Below are positions 50,544 to 59,728 of a DNA stretch of 64,000 nt, one piece after another. A program made the translations under genes and the position numbers. The notes under the pieces were generated by a model that saw only the letters and a list, made by a program, of their open reading frames with translations, was not told the origin of the DNA and did not search any database. Source of the stretch: a virus. How positions within the stretch are numbered: position 1 is the stretch's first letter; every line of letters begins with the position of its first letter. The stretch spans positions 57,683-121,682 of IMG/VR virus record IMGVR_UViG_3300022555_002641; one strand, given 5' to 3'.

Positions 50544-50894
50544 ATGAAAAAAGAACAAATAATTGAAGTGTGTCAGGGATATGATGACTTTTTGGAAAAA
50601 GAAGGATTTATCGTAAAACATCGTGAACCAGATACAATTGAGCAAGATTTGAATTATGTTCGTTGGATGCTGAATGAAATTCCAAAAATGCTTGAAAATC
50701 CTTGTAAGATTGAAAAAATTAACAGGTGGCTTGGATTTGCACAAGGTGTGATGTGGATCAAAGGTTTTTACAGTATTGATGAAATGAAGGGGCACAACAG
50801 AAGCGGTAACGAATGTAAGGACCAAACAATTCCAGAAAATCCAAATGATCAATTTTATTGGTATGAAGGCGGATTTATGATGTATGGTGACTAA
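50544..50894 (+). CDS. Hypothetical phage protein (KINRWLGF.QG motif)
   Basis: ORF track. Confidence 0.7.
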   Translation: MKKEQIIEVCQGYDDFLEKEGFIVKHREPDTIEQDLNYVRWMLNEIPKMLENPCKIEKINRWLGFAQGVMWIKGFYSIDEMKGHNRSGNECKDQTIPENPNDQFYWYEGGFMMYGD

Positions 50895-51064
50895 TTTTTA
50901 TAAATTTATTCCAAAATAAATTAAACAAATTAAAAAGAATTAACTATATTTGCAATATGAAAAATCGTCCATCTATAAGTTGCCCTACCGAAGAAGTCCC
51001 TTGGCTTGTTGAAAGCCTTGTTCAACATATTAATAAGTTAAACCAAAACCTAAACCCTGTTTAT

Positions 51065-52009
51065 ATGAAAAAGAATTCTCTTACCCCAAACGCTGGTCTT
51101 AGCCTTTCACAGGCTCAATCAATTTCAAATCTTTGCCATCAGAGGGCATTGGAAATTGAAAACAAATTGAGTGGTATTAACAACTACAGCAAATCTGTTG
51201 ATATTGCCAGTAAAAAAGAAACTACAACACATGTGATTGTTGTTGGTAAGCCTATTCCATCGGATGTTGTTGCACTGCTTACAGAAAAAGCGACACTTCA
51301 TGCATGTCAGGGATTCTTGATGGAGAATATCAAAGCAAAGGAAGCATCACTCAACGAAAACAAACGGGCAACCGCTGACATTTCATCAGTTGTTCTTCCT
51401 GAAAGAATTACCCCAAAGACTCCAGAACAGCTTCCACAGGTTAATGAGGATTTCGGCTGGTCACAGCTCAGTGTTGCTGACCTTAACGAATTCATCGAAG
51501 CAGATGCTTTCGCAGCCCACATTGGGCAATTTATTCACAAAGAAGGTACTCTCAATGCTTTGAGGAAAGAATTACCAACAGTGGCTCCAATCGAATGGAT
51601 GACAATTAAAGATGGTGAAAAATCACCAGTAAAGGTTGTGACCCATCACACTTCAGACCAGCTTCTTAAAGTTCATGAAGAATTGGCTGGATTACATCGT
51701 GAGCGTGAACAGCGTGTAAATTACTTCAAGGCAAAGGTGAAGAACCTTACCACAGAAGAAAATGCACGTATCGCTAAAGTTAACGCTGATGCACAGCATG
51801 ATGCTCAGAAGTTCAACAATGATCAACAGGCTGCTTATGAAACTGCATTTAAAGCATCCCAGGAACAGATCAGAACCATTCAGGCTGAGTTTGAAAAAGA
51901 ACGTCAGTCCAAAGTCAAAGATATTGCAGCAATGCGTATTAACGTAGATGCTCGTTTCAAGAAAGTTATTGACCAGTTTATGGGTCAGCTTTCAGATAAA
52001 CAAGAATAA
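51065..52009 (+). CDS. Long helical/coiled-coil protein upstream of a structured RNA
   Basis: MKKNSLTPNAGLSLSQAQSISNLCHQRA...; extended C-terminal heptads; start could be 50957. Confidence 0.8.
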   Translation: MKKNSLTPNAGLSLSQAQSISNLCHQRALEIENKLSGINNYSKSVDIASKKETTTHVIVVGKPIPSDVVALLTEKATLHACQGFLMENIKAKEASLNENKRATADISSVVLPERITPKTPEQLPQVNEDFGWSQLSVADLNEFIEADAFAAHIGQFIHKEGTLNALRKELPTVAPIEWMTIKDGEKSPVKVVTHHTSDQLLKVHEELAGLHREREQRVNYFKAKVKNLTTEENARIAKVNADAQHDAQKFNNDQQAAYETAFKASQEQIRTIQAEFEKERQSKVKDIAAMRINVDARFKKVIDQFMGQLSDKQE

Positions 52010-52022
52010 AATGAGGTGAATC

Positions 52023-52336
52023 GTAGGCAAAGCATGAGCTGAGCCTACTTTTCTTTGTGCTTGGTGATAAGTTCTTTGATATATTCAACTAAGTTTAGAC
52101 AACTTATCTAATGTGCCTTAGGGCGCATTTGTTAAAAAGGATTACACCGCCTTTTCTACAACTTAAAGTTTTTTGTGGGATTTTCTCAAAATGACCACAT
52201 GTAGAGTAAGTTACCCTTAAATGTGGATAATTACCTACGAAACAAAACTTTGATTTTGTCTTTGCCCTTGTAGTAGAAAAGGGTCTTTGACCTTGGCGTT
52301 GACTTAAACTTTAACTATACAGCTTATCACCAAGCG
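52023..52336 (+). ncRNA. Candidate structured non-coding RNA
   Basis: Nested helices 52059-71/52323-35 (13 bp perfect), 52091-103/52298-311, 52150-59/52273-82, 52165-79/52234-51, 52195-200/52221-26, plus hairpins 52023-48 and 52110-29. Confidence 0.7.
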
Positions 52337-52369
52337 ACTTATTTTTTAAAACAAAAAACAATTAAAACT

Positions 52370-52558
52370 ATGAAAAAATTACATTTATCAAAAAACAAAA
52401 TTGTAGGTGGCGTTTGTGGCGGAGTTGCCGAATCATTAAATGTTGATCAAAGTATCGTCAGAGTAGTTTGGGGATTAGCTGCACTCGCTTGGGGTGTTGG
52501 AATTCTCGCATACGTAGTTTGCTGGATTGTGTTTCCAGAAGATACCGAAGCGGAATGA
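52370..52558 (+). CDS. PspC-domain protein
   Basis: KIVGGVCGGVAE...VR...AY..WI.FP. Confidence 0.85.
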   Translation: MKKLHLSKNKIVGGVCGGVAESLNVDQSIVRVVWGLAALAWGVGILAYVVCWIVFPEDTEAE

Positions 52559-52821
52559 TAAGCAAAATCAGAAAATTTGCAGGGACTGCACTTATAATTA
52601 TTGCAGTATCATTATACATTTTTTTAGTTATTGATATACTGAAGAAATCTAATGAATATGAGTCCATGAAAAACAAAAAATCCTTTGCAATAAAAATTTA
52701 TGATCTGGATAATAAACAAGAATTCCTTGCTGCTGATTCCATTTTAATAAACTATAAAACAAATAAGATTGACTGCTGGTATAAAGGTCAACTATTATAT
52801 TCAAGCCCAATCCAAAAATGA
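52555..52821 (+). CDS. Membrane-anchored hypothetical protein
   Basis: ATGA-coupled, one TM. Confidence 0.6.
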   Translation: MISKIRKFAGTALIIIAVSLYIFLVIDILKKSNEYESMKNKKSFAIKIYDLDNKQEFLAADSILINYKTNKIDCWYKGQLLYSSPIQK

Positions 52822-53081
52822 AAAGTAAAGGTAAAAAACATCATATGGGTAGCCACAGCCGAAGAAGTAATCCTATTAAAATGGGAATTACCAAAGAGTT
52901 CGCCAAAAGTATACGAAGTGAACCAGTCTTTAGGAACGGCAAACTCGTAATTGAAGGTGGAAAAGTTAAAACTGTATCCAGCAAACGAAAAATTGGATTA
53001 AAGTTTTATAAGAAATTTGCCAATTCAAAAAGGCGTGGATTTATTAAAGATGATAACAGAAAACAAATCTCGGAGGAATAA
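52818..53081 (+). CDS. Small basic protein
   Basis: K/R-rich ORF. Confidence 0.65.
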   Translation: MKSKGKKHHMGSHSRRSNPIKMGITKEFAKSIRSEPVFRNGKLVIEGGKVKTVSSKRKIGLKFYKKFANSKRRGFIKDDNRKQISEE

Positions 53082-53083
53082 GC

Positions 53084-53647
53084 ATGGAAGATTTTAAAAA
53101 ATTCATGGCTATTATTTTTTTCCCATTTTTAGTATTTATACTTACCATTCTTTATGTATTTATACTTACCATTCTTTATGTTGATGCCAGATTTACAATT
53201 GGGCATTTAAATGATCGGATACAAGAATGCTATAGTATAGATTCATCTTCTATTCAGGATATGCTCCACAGTAGAGATACAATCAAAATGTATAAAGATA
53301 CTGCAAAATTTTGGGAAGAACAATATTTGGTTGGTAGACTCGAAAGTCCAACATTCAATGTTTATGCTGACGATTTTTATAAAGATACTACTGGGCAATA
53401 TTTTATCTTATTTCAATACGACACAACCCAGTGGGAAACTCCAATGACTTATCCAGCGGGATGTCGCCATTTTCCAGCAAACGTTTTTATATATAGACTT
53501 ACTGAAACTAAGCCTAAACTTTTAGCGTTTATGTCTGGTCATAATTACACTAAACATTTATGTTATGAGGATGATTTAAAGGGCTTGGTAACAGAAGCCA
53601 AAAAAAAATCTAAACCTCAAAATGAAAAAAAACATGAAAAACGCTAA
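53084..53647 (+). CDS. Membrane-anchored protein with a 24-bp tandem duplication (FILTILYV x2)
   Basis: Repeat at 53132-53179. Confidence 0.65.
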   Translation: MEDFKKFMAIIFFPFLVFILTILYVFILTILYVDARFTIGHLNDRIQECYSIDSSSIQDMLHSRDTIKMYKDTAKFWEEQYLVGRLESPTFNVYADDFYKDTTGQYFILFQYDTTQWETPMTYPAGCRHFPANVFIYRLTETKPKLLAFMSGHNYTKHLCYEDDLKGLVTEAKKKSKPQNEKKHEKR

Positions 53648-53978
53648 CAAGGAACGTGAAGACAGTTTAACAACTGGAGAAAAAGTTGCTAAGTTCATAA
53701 CCAATAAGGTTGGAACTATAGGATGTGCAATAATATTTGCAATCATAGCATTTATAAGTTTCCCATCTGTTATTGCATCTGGAAACGCTTTAATCATTGT
53801 TGGATGGCTTGCTCAGACATTTCTTCAATTAGTTTTGCTGCCAATCATTATCGTTGGTCAAAATGTTCAAAGTAAACATTCCGAATATTTAGCTGAAGCT
53901 ACTTATGCAAATGATGTTGAGATGCATGGAGAACTGGATGAAATGAAAGCGGATATCAAAAAAATATTAGAAAAATGA
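53622..53978 (+). CDS. DUF1003-like membrane protein
   Basis: GEKVA..IT..VG, LPIIIVGQN, AEATY. Confidence 0.7.
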   Translation: MKKNMKNANKEREDSLTTGEKVAKFITNKVGTIGCAIIFAIIAFISFPSVIASGNALIIVGWLAQTFLQLVLLPIIIVGQNVQSKHSEYLAEATYANDVEMHGELDEMKADIKKILEK

Positions 53979-54106
53979 AAAAAGTAATCTTATTATTAGT
54001 AATCATAGTATCTGGAATCGTGCTGTCTTGCACAACCCAAAATCAGTGCTCTGCCTACGGAGAAAAACAAAGATATCAGAAAAATCCAAGCTCTTGGGCT
54101 AAATAG
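53975..54106 (+). CDS. 43-aa lipoprotein (not in ORF track)
   Basis: MKKVILLLVIIVSGIVLSCTTQNQCSAY... Confidence 0.6.
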   Translation: MKKVILLLVIIVSGIVLSCTTQNQCSAYGEKQRYQKNPSSWAK

Positions 54107-54126
54107 AATTAGGACAATTACAAATG

Positions 54127-54153
54127 AAAAATGCCCCGTAAGGGGCATTTTTT
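54127..54153. terminator. Bidirectional terminator
   Basis: AAAAATGCCCC-gtaa-GGGGCATTTTTT. Confidence 0.85.
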
Positions 54154-54179
54154 GTTAAATGTAAAATATTTTGTGACTA

Positions 54180-54380
54180 TTATATCAACTCAACATTAAC
54201 TGCATTTAAACCTTTCTTTCCTTCAATTACTTCAAATTTTACTTCGTCATTCTCGGTTATCGTATCGATAAGCCCTGTGGCGTGTACAAAATATTCAGTG
54301 CCTGAATCCCCGTCTTTAATAAATCCAAATCCTTTCGCAGAATTATAGAATTTAACGGTACCTTTGATTGTGTTACTCAT
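54180..54380 (-). CDS. Cold-shock protein
   Basis: GTVKFYN..KGFGFI (RNP1), FVH (RNP2), G..AVNV. Confidence 0.95.
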   Translation of the reverse strand: MSNTIKGTVKFYNSAKGFGFIKDGDSGTEYFVHATGLIDTITENDEVKFEVIEGKKGLNAVNVELI

Positions 54381-54508
54381 TTAATTTATTATTTATTTTT
54401 ATTTATGTAACATTATTTATTGCAATAATGCTTCCAAGTATAGTTATATAGTAATCAAAAGTTTAAACTTTTTTCCATTTTTGTGATAAATAAAGAAAAA
54501 ACTTTATT

Positions 54509-54733
54509 ATGAATAGAAAAGAAAATAGAAAACAAGCTAAATTTGAAAAGGCTGTAAGAAAATTAGATATTATGAACATGAGAATGAATCTTGCTCAGAA
54601 TATGATGAACATCAAAGATGCTCAAGGTAGCCCATATATAAGTGCGAAATGGATTACAGAAAAAATTTTGAAGATTACAGACCCCAAAGCCATTGGTGGG
54701 TCGTGCGGATGTAATGGTAAAGGAAAACACTAA
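54509..54733 (+). CDS. Small protein resembling the C-terminal segment of T4-like portal proteins
   Basis: RKLDIMNMRMNL...PYISAKWITEKILKITD (by-eye similarity). Confidence 0.45.
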   Translation: MNRKENRKQAKFEKAVRKLDIMNMRMNLAQNMMNIKDAQGSPYISAKWITEKILKITDPKAIGGSCGCNGKGKH

Positions 54734-54803
54734 TTTAAAGATTATTTAATACCAAAACACACCTATTTTCGTTTTTAGTGGTATATATACGATAAAAGTT
54801 TCT

Positions 54804-55496
54804 ATGACTTTAACCGTAGTAATACCAACTAAAAACGAAGAGAATAATATCACAAACATACTTGATTGCTTAAACAATCAAACTTTTAAGAATTTCAGCA
54901 TCATAATATCTGATGCTGATTCTTTTGATAATACAATTTCCAAAATAAATAAACACGTTCTCAACTACAAAATAAAAGTTGTTAAAGGTGGAATGCCGTC
55001 TGTTGGTCGAAATAATGGAGCTAAAGAAAGTAAATCAACTTTCTTATTATTCATTGACGCAGATACTACCATAAAAGATAAAAAATTAATTGAAAAGTCA
55101 ATCAATTTAATGATTGATGATGAACTGGATTTAGTCACAACTAATATATCTTGTAGAAATAATTCAGTAGTAAAGTTCATATATTTTTTAAACAATACAT
55201 TTCAGTTTATTTCAAAATTAGATAAACCTTATGCTACAGGTATGTACTTTATGATTAGAAGAAACAAATTTGACGAATTGGGCGGATTCAATGAACAAGA
55301 TCAATATGCCGAAGATTATAACCTCAGTAGAAAAGTTGATAGGAAAAAATTTGATATTGTCAATTCATTCATCTATTCAGATGATAGAAGATTTAAGAAA
55401 ATTGGATATCTTGGAGTTGTTAAATTATTCTTAAAAACACTCAAAAATAAAAACAATGAAGAATATTACAAAGAAAAAATAAACTATTTCTCATGA
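54804..55496 (+). CDS. Glycosyltransferase family 2
   Basis: VVIPTKNEE, DADS.D.T, GRNNGA, LFIDAD, GGF...AED. Confidence 0.9.
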   Translation: MTLTVVIPTKNEENNITNILDCLNNQTFKNFSIIISDADSFDNTISKINKHVLNYKIKVVKGGMPSVGRNNGAKESKSTFLLFIDADTTIKDKKLIEKSINLMIDDELDLVTTNISCRNNSVVKFIYFLNNTFQFISKLDKPYATGMYFMIRRNKFDELGGFNEQDQYAEDYNLSRKVDRKKFDIVNSFIYSDDRRFKKIGYLGVVKLFLKTLKNKNNEEYYKEKINYFS

Positions 55497-56368
55497 TAAA
55501 AAGCATTAGATGTATTCTGATATTTATGTTCTTTACTATTTTTATTCATGCACAAAGTAATATCAAAATTCTTTCTTGGAATATTGGGATGCTGCCTTAT
55601 ATCGAACAAATCAAAAATAAAACAGATCGTATAGTTTCAATTTCTAATGCTCTGGATAAACAGAAATATGATATTTTAATATTTCAAGAAAGTTTTACTA
55701 ACAGATCAAGAGATATAATCAAAGAAAAATTGCATGATCGATATCCATATTCCTATGGGCCAATCAACTCAACGTTTAAATTTAATAGTGGTCTATGGAT
55801 TTTAAGTAGTATTCCATTGCAACTTCAAAAAGAAATAGTGTTTAAAAATTCGAATGGATTAGATTTTTTAGCAAGAAAAGGTGCTGCCTTATTCACTGGG
55901 GAATTTAACAATATTCAATTTCAACTTATAGTAACTCATTTAGAAGATGATAAGTATCCTCAAAGTGTAAGAAATAAGCAAATGAACCAAATTTACACAC
56001 AACTAATTATACCTTACTCCAACAAAAAAATTCCTCAAATAATTTGCGGTGATTTTAATACTGATCAAGATTCTGAGAATTATAATTGTATGATATCTGA
56101 ACTTGATGCTCAAAATGAAGTTTTGAAAAATTGCTATACTTTTGCTGATCAGTTTAATGATGTTTATAAAAATATTAATCCCCGAATCATTGACTATGTA
56201 CTAATTAGAAATTCAAATAATATTCAATGCATTGATAGACACGTTGTCATTTTGAAAAATAAATGGTCAAAAGGTTTCTATCTTTCAGATCATAATGCGC
56301 TTGAAGCAACAATATTATTCAATATTAATGATAATATCGTACAAAAAATAAATAAATATGAAAATTAA
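55493..56368 (+). CDS. Secreted sphingomyelinase-like EEP phosphodiesterase
   Basis: SWN, FQE, NSGL, THL, GDFN, IDY, SDH motifs; signal peptide. Confidence 0.85.
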   Translation: MIKSIRCILIFMFFTIFIHAQSNIKILSWNIGMLPYIEQIKNKTDRIVSISNALDKQKYDILIFQESFTNRSRDIIKEKLHDRYPYSYGPINSTFKFNSGLWILSSIPLQLQKEIVFKNSNGLDFLARKGAALFTGEFNNIQFQLIVTHLEDDKYPQSVRNKQMNQIYTQLIIPYSNKKIPQIICGDFNTDQDSENYNCMISELDAQNEVLKNCYTFADQFNDVYKNINPRIIDYVLIRNSNNIQCIDRHVVILKNKWSKGFYLSDHNALEATILFNINDNIVQKINKYEN

Positions 56369-57086
56369 ATCTTTGTTTATAAGCGATCTTCATCTTGGTA
56401 ATCCAAATTCTCAAGCTGATAAAGTCTTGAGTACACTTAAAGAATATGAATTTGAAAATTTATTCATAGTTGGGGATTTTATAGATATGACATACTTAAA
56501 ACGAAAATTCTATTGGCATAAAGATCATTCAACTATTATTCAAAAAATACTCAGGCTCTCCAGAAAAGGTGTAAACGTTTTTTATATCATCGGCAACCAT
56601 GACGCTTATATTAGAAGTATAATTGAAGATCAAAATCTAAATGTTGGCGATATTATTATATGTAATGAATATGTTTATCAATCAATAAAAGGTGAAAAAA
56701 TTTACATTACTCACGGTGATCAATTTGATGGCTTTATTATTATACATCCATTCCTATACTGGATTGGTGATAGTGCATATGAATTATCAATAAAAATAAA
56801 TAAACTATACAATTTTTTCAGAAGAATATTCAGATATGATTATTGGAGTCTTTCACAATATCTTAAAACTAAAGTAAAAAACGCAATCCAGTTTATTAAC
56901 GAATATGAGAAGTGGGCTGACATAAAAATTAAAGAAATGAAATGTGATTCCATTTTAATGGGGCATACCCATGTCGCCAAAATTATAGACGGCAAATATT
57001 ATAATACTGGTGATTTTGTGGAAAGCTGTAGTTATATCATAGAAACAATTGATGGAGAAATGATATTAAAATTCTGCGAAGTTTAA
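56358..57086 (+). CDS. Metallophosphoesterase (LpxH/UDP-2,3-diacylglucosamine hydrolase-like)
   Basis: SDLHLG, GDFID, GNHD, HGD, GHTH, NTGD. Confidence 0.88.
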   Translation: MKIKSLFISDLHLGNPNSQADKVLSTLKEYEFENLFIVGDFIDMTYLKRKFYWHKDHSTIIQKILRLSRKGVNVFYIIGNHDAYIRSIIEDQNLNVGDIIICNEYVYQSIKGEKIYITHGDQFDGFIIIHPFLYWIGDSAYELSIKINKLYNFFRRIFRYDYWSLSQYLKTKVKNAIQFINEYEKWADIKIKEMKCDSILMGHTHVAKIIDGKYYNTGDFVESCSYIIETIDGEMILKFCEV

Positions 57087-57088
57087 TG

Positions 57089-58624
57089 TTATTTCATTTC
57101 CGAACATGTGATCGGTGCTATAGGTTCTATGGCACCGATTATTGCTTTATAGCCATCCTTCCAAATTTCAGGATCAGTAGTTCTTGAAATTGCATTAAAA
57201 GTTTCCATAGCCGCAGCTACAATTGTATTAAACTTATAAGTCCTTTCGTAAACATCAATAGTCTTCTTCCTGATCATGTCAATTCTATTTCTTGCCCAAT
57301 CTTCATCCTTCTGATTAGGAACATGAACTATATCACCGATTTTCTGATAGCCAGCTTTGAATTTATTTATAAATCTACTGCAACCAGATATATTTGAATC
57401 GATCCATTCGAAATCCTGTTCAGGTGGGCCAGCAAACATGATGTACATTCTCACAACATCTGCACCATATTTTTCAACCATCTCATCAGGTGACACCCCA
57501 TTACCAAAATTCTTGGACATTTTTCTACCATCCTTCTTCACCATGCCCTGACAAATTACACGTTTAAACGGCTCGACTGGAGCATCCTCAGGAATATATC
57601 CCATTTTTTTGAACATTCTCCAGAAAAATCTTGCGTAAATCATGTGCCCTGTTGCATGCTCAGCACCGCCAATGTAATAATCAATCGGGAACCAATGTTT
57701 TATTTTATCCCAATCAAATCTGGTACCATCGAAATCTGAAATGTAACGAATGAAATACCAACTGGATTGTACAAAAGTATCCATGGTATCGGTTTCCTTT
57801 TCAGCATTTCCACCACAAACTGGGCACTTAATAAACTTCCATGTTGGATGATTCGCCATTGGATTTCCGCATCCATCGAATTTAACGTTTTCAGGGGCTA
57901 TAACGGGGGTTTGCTCGTTGGGTATGCAACCGCACCTTGGACAGTTGATCATCGGTATAGGAGTCCCCCAATAGCGTTGACGTGAAATACACCAGTCTGA
58001 GAATGGACGCACTTCATCTTTTTCACGAATTCCATTTTTTATGAACTGTTTTTGCTGCTTTGTGATTACTTCAGCCCAGTCACCTTCAATATCTTTTATG
58101 GAGTCATACATATCATCAGCAAACATTGTAGTTTTGAAATAATATTGCACCATTTCTTTCTGCTCAATCTTTGCACCAGATCGCCATCCTTTACCATCAA
58201 TTACTTGATTGGCTGCCATCACGGTCTGATCTACGGGGTCCCAATTCACCATCCCGATCTTCTTCTCAATAAATCCAGCTTTCCAAGCATCAATAAAAAA
58301 TCTTTGCTCATGCTGCCAGTAACTTACATCACAAGTCGAAATTTCACGATCCCAATCAAAATCCATAGCCATAGCTTTCATTTGTGTTCGCATATGGGCG
58401 ATGTTGGCATTTGTCCAATCCCTTGGATGAACATTGTTCTTGATCGCTGCGTTTTCCCCAGGCATGCCGTATGAATCCCAGCCTATTGGGTGGCATACAT
58501 CAAATCCTTTATTTCGCCAGTATCTGGAAATTGAGTCCGATATGGTGTAATTCCGCATGTGCCCCATGTGAATACTTCCAGATGGGTAAGGAGCCATTGG
58601 TGTCACCATTACATTGTTTTTCAT
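57089..58624 (-). CDS. leuS: Minimal leucyl-tRNA synthetase (no CP1 editing domain, no C-terminal domain, zero Leu residues)
   Basis: MAPYPSG, HMGH, GWDSYGMPGENAA, DWCISRQRYWG, ETDTMDTFVQSSWY, GGAEHA..H..YARF, KMSK. Confidence 0.92.
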   Translation of the reverse strand: MKNNVMVTPMAPYPSGSIHMGHMRNYTISDSISRYWRNKGFDVCHPIGWDSYGMPGENAAIKNNVHPRDWTNANIAHMRTQMKAMAMDFDWDREISTCDVSYWQHEQRFFIDAWKAGFIEKKIGMVNWDPVDQTVMAANQVIDGKGWRSGAKIEQKEMVQYYFKTTMFADDMYDSIKDIEGDWAEVITKQQKQFIKNGIREKDEVRPFSDWCISRQRYWGTPIPMINCPRCGCIPNEQTPVIAPENVKFDGCGNPMANHPTWKFIKCPVCGGNAEKETDTMDTFVQSSWYFIRYISDFDGTRFDWDKIKHWFPIDYYIGGAEHATGHMIYARFFWRMFKKMGYIPEDAPVEPFKRVICQGMVKKDGRKMSKNFGNGVSPDEMVEKYGADVVRMYIMFAGPPEQDFEWIDSNISGCSRFINKFKAGYQKIGDIVHVPNQKDEDWARNRIDMIRKKTIDVYERTYKFNTIVAAAMETFNAISRTTDPEIWKDGYKAIIGAIEPIAPITCSEMK

Positions 58625-58646
58625 AACTATCTATTTTTTAAGTTAG

Positions 58647-58719
58647 TAGCCTCGGTGGGATTCGAACCCACGAAATTATGGTCCTAAGCCATACGGATAT
58701 ACCACTCTCCTACGAAGCC
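58647..58719 (-). tRNA. tRNA-Leu(UAG), short variable loop (type I)
   Basis: GGCTTCG/CGAGGCT-A73; anticodon arm TATGG CTTAGGA CCATA; variable ATTTC; T arm GTGGG TTCGAAT CCCAC. Confidence 0.88.
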
Positions 58720-58732
58720 ATTTTTCATATCG

Positions 58733-58817
58733 TGCCCAAGACAGAACTCGAATCTGCATGCTCTTTCAAGCACAACGGTCTGAACGTTGCGGGTCTAACC
58801 AATTTCCCCACTTGGGC
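58733..58817 (-). tRNA. tRNA-Leu(CAG), long variable arm
   Basis: GCCCAAG/CTTGGGC-A; CAACG TTCAGAC CGTTG; variable stem TGCTT GAAA GAGCA. Confidence 0.9.
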
Positions 58818-59559
58818 GTTGTTTTTTTGGCGGAATACCGCCATAACTTTTGATCCATTTTTTTATTGCGTTATCACTAACACCATATTTCTTGCCAGTT
58901 GATAAGTAACTTGTATCATTTACTTCTTTTAAAAGTATTTCCAATGATGGTCTATCTTTAATTTTTCTTTGATTTATTTTATCACATTCATAACATCTAT
59001 TTGATTTTTTTTGAATTTCTTTGCCGCATTCACAAAAGTTATTTTTTGATTTAATATATTTAGTATATTTTTTCTTTCGTAACTCAGATATGCTACTTTT
59101 TATTTTAGAATTGCAATACGTTACAGTTTGACTATGGCAATTTGGACATAAAATTTTCAAATTGGTTATTCTATTGTCTAAATTATCACCATTAATATGA
59201 TCTAAATGTAAAGTTAATGGTTTTCCATTCCATTCATGTATTCCACAATTTTCGCATATATTTTTTTTTAAATTTTTTTCTATTAATTTTCTTCTTAAGC
59301 CTGAGGTGTTTGAATATGTAGAATTCTTTACTAAAATTTCATCAAGATTACATTTTCTCCCAAAATTTTTAAATCTCTTTCCACAATTCCAACCTTGACC
59401 TGTAAAATGTGAAATATCTATTTCATATAATTTAATATATTTCTTTACAGTTTTATAATTTCCACCAATTGGTCTTACATTTAATTTTCTACAAACGTCA
59501 GCTATTGACAACGATGTTTTAGTTATTTCTTCTAAATTGCTTTTCTCATAATTTTTCAT
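58795..59559 (-). CDS. HNH homing endonuclease inserted in the tRNA cluster
   Basis: CENCG...LHLDHINGD..DNRITNL.ILCPNCHSQT; C-terminal HTH-like; stop lies inside tRNA-Leu(CAG). Confidence 0.9.
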   Translation of the reverse strand: MKNYEKSNLEEITKTSLSIADVCRKLNVRPIGGNYKTVKKYIKLYEIDISHFTGQGWNCGKRFKNFGRKCNLDEILVKNSTYSNTSGLRRKLIEKNLKKNICENCGIHEWNGKPLTLHLDHINGDNLDNRITNLKILCPNCHSQTVTYCNSKIKSSISELRKKKYTKYIKSKNNFCECGKEIQKKSNRCYECDKINQRKIKDRPSLEILLKEVNDTSYLSTGKKYGVSDNAIKKWIKSYGGIPPKKQRPSGEIG

Positions 59560-59633
59560 ATTAAACTTTTTTTTGTATATATAAAAGTTTAATAGTCGAA
59601 AAAATAAATTTCAAGCAACTCTTAAAATTTTTG

Positions 59634-59718
59634 TGGTCGAGGAGGGAGTCGAACCCTCATGGCTCTTAACCAACAGGCTCTCAACCTGTTGCGTTCTTAC
59701 CAATTTCGCCACTCGACC
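59634..59718 (-). tRNA. tRNA-Leu(GAG), long variable arm
   Basis: GGTCGAG/CTCGACC-A; ACAGG TTGAGAG CCTGT; T arm GAGGG TTCGACT CCCTC. Confidence 0.9.
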
Positions 59719-59728
59719 TTTTTATTTG

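Noticed and set aside
52023-52336. Retron msr-msd or group I/II intron
   Set aside because: No reverse transcriptase nearby, no interrupted gene, and no recognisable intron core motifs.
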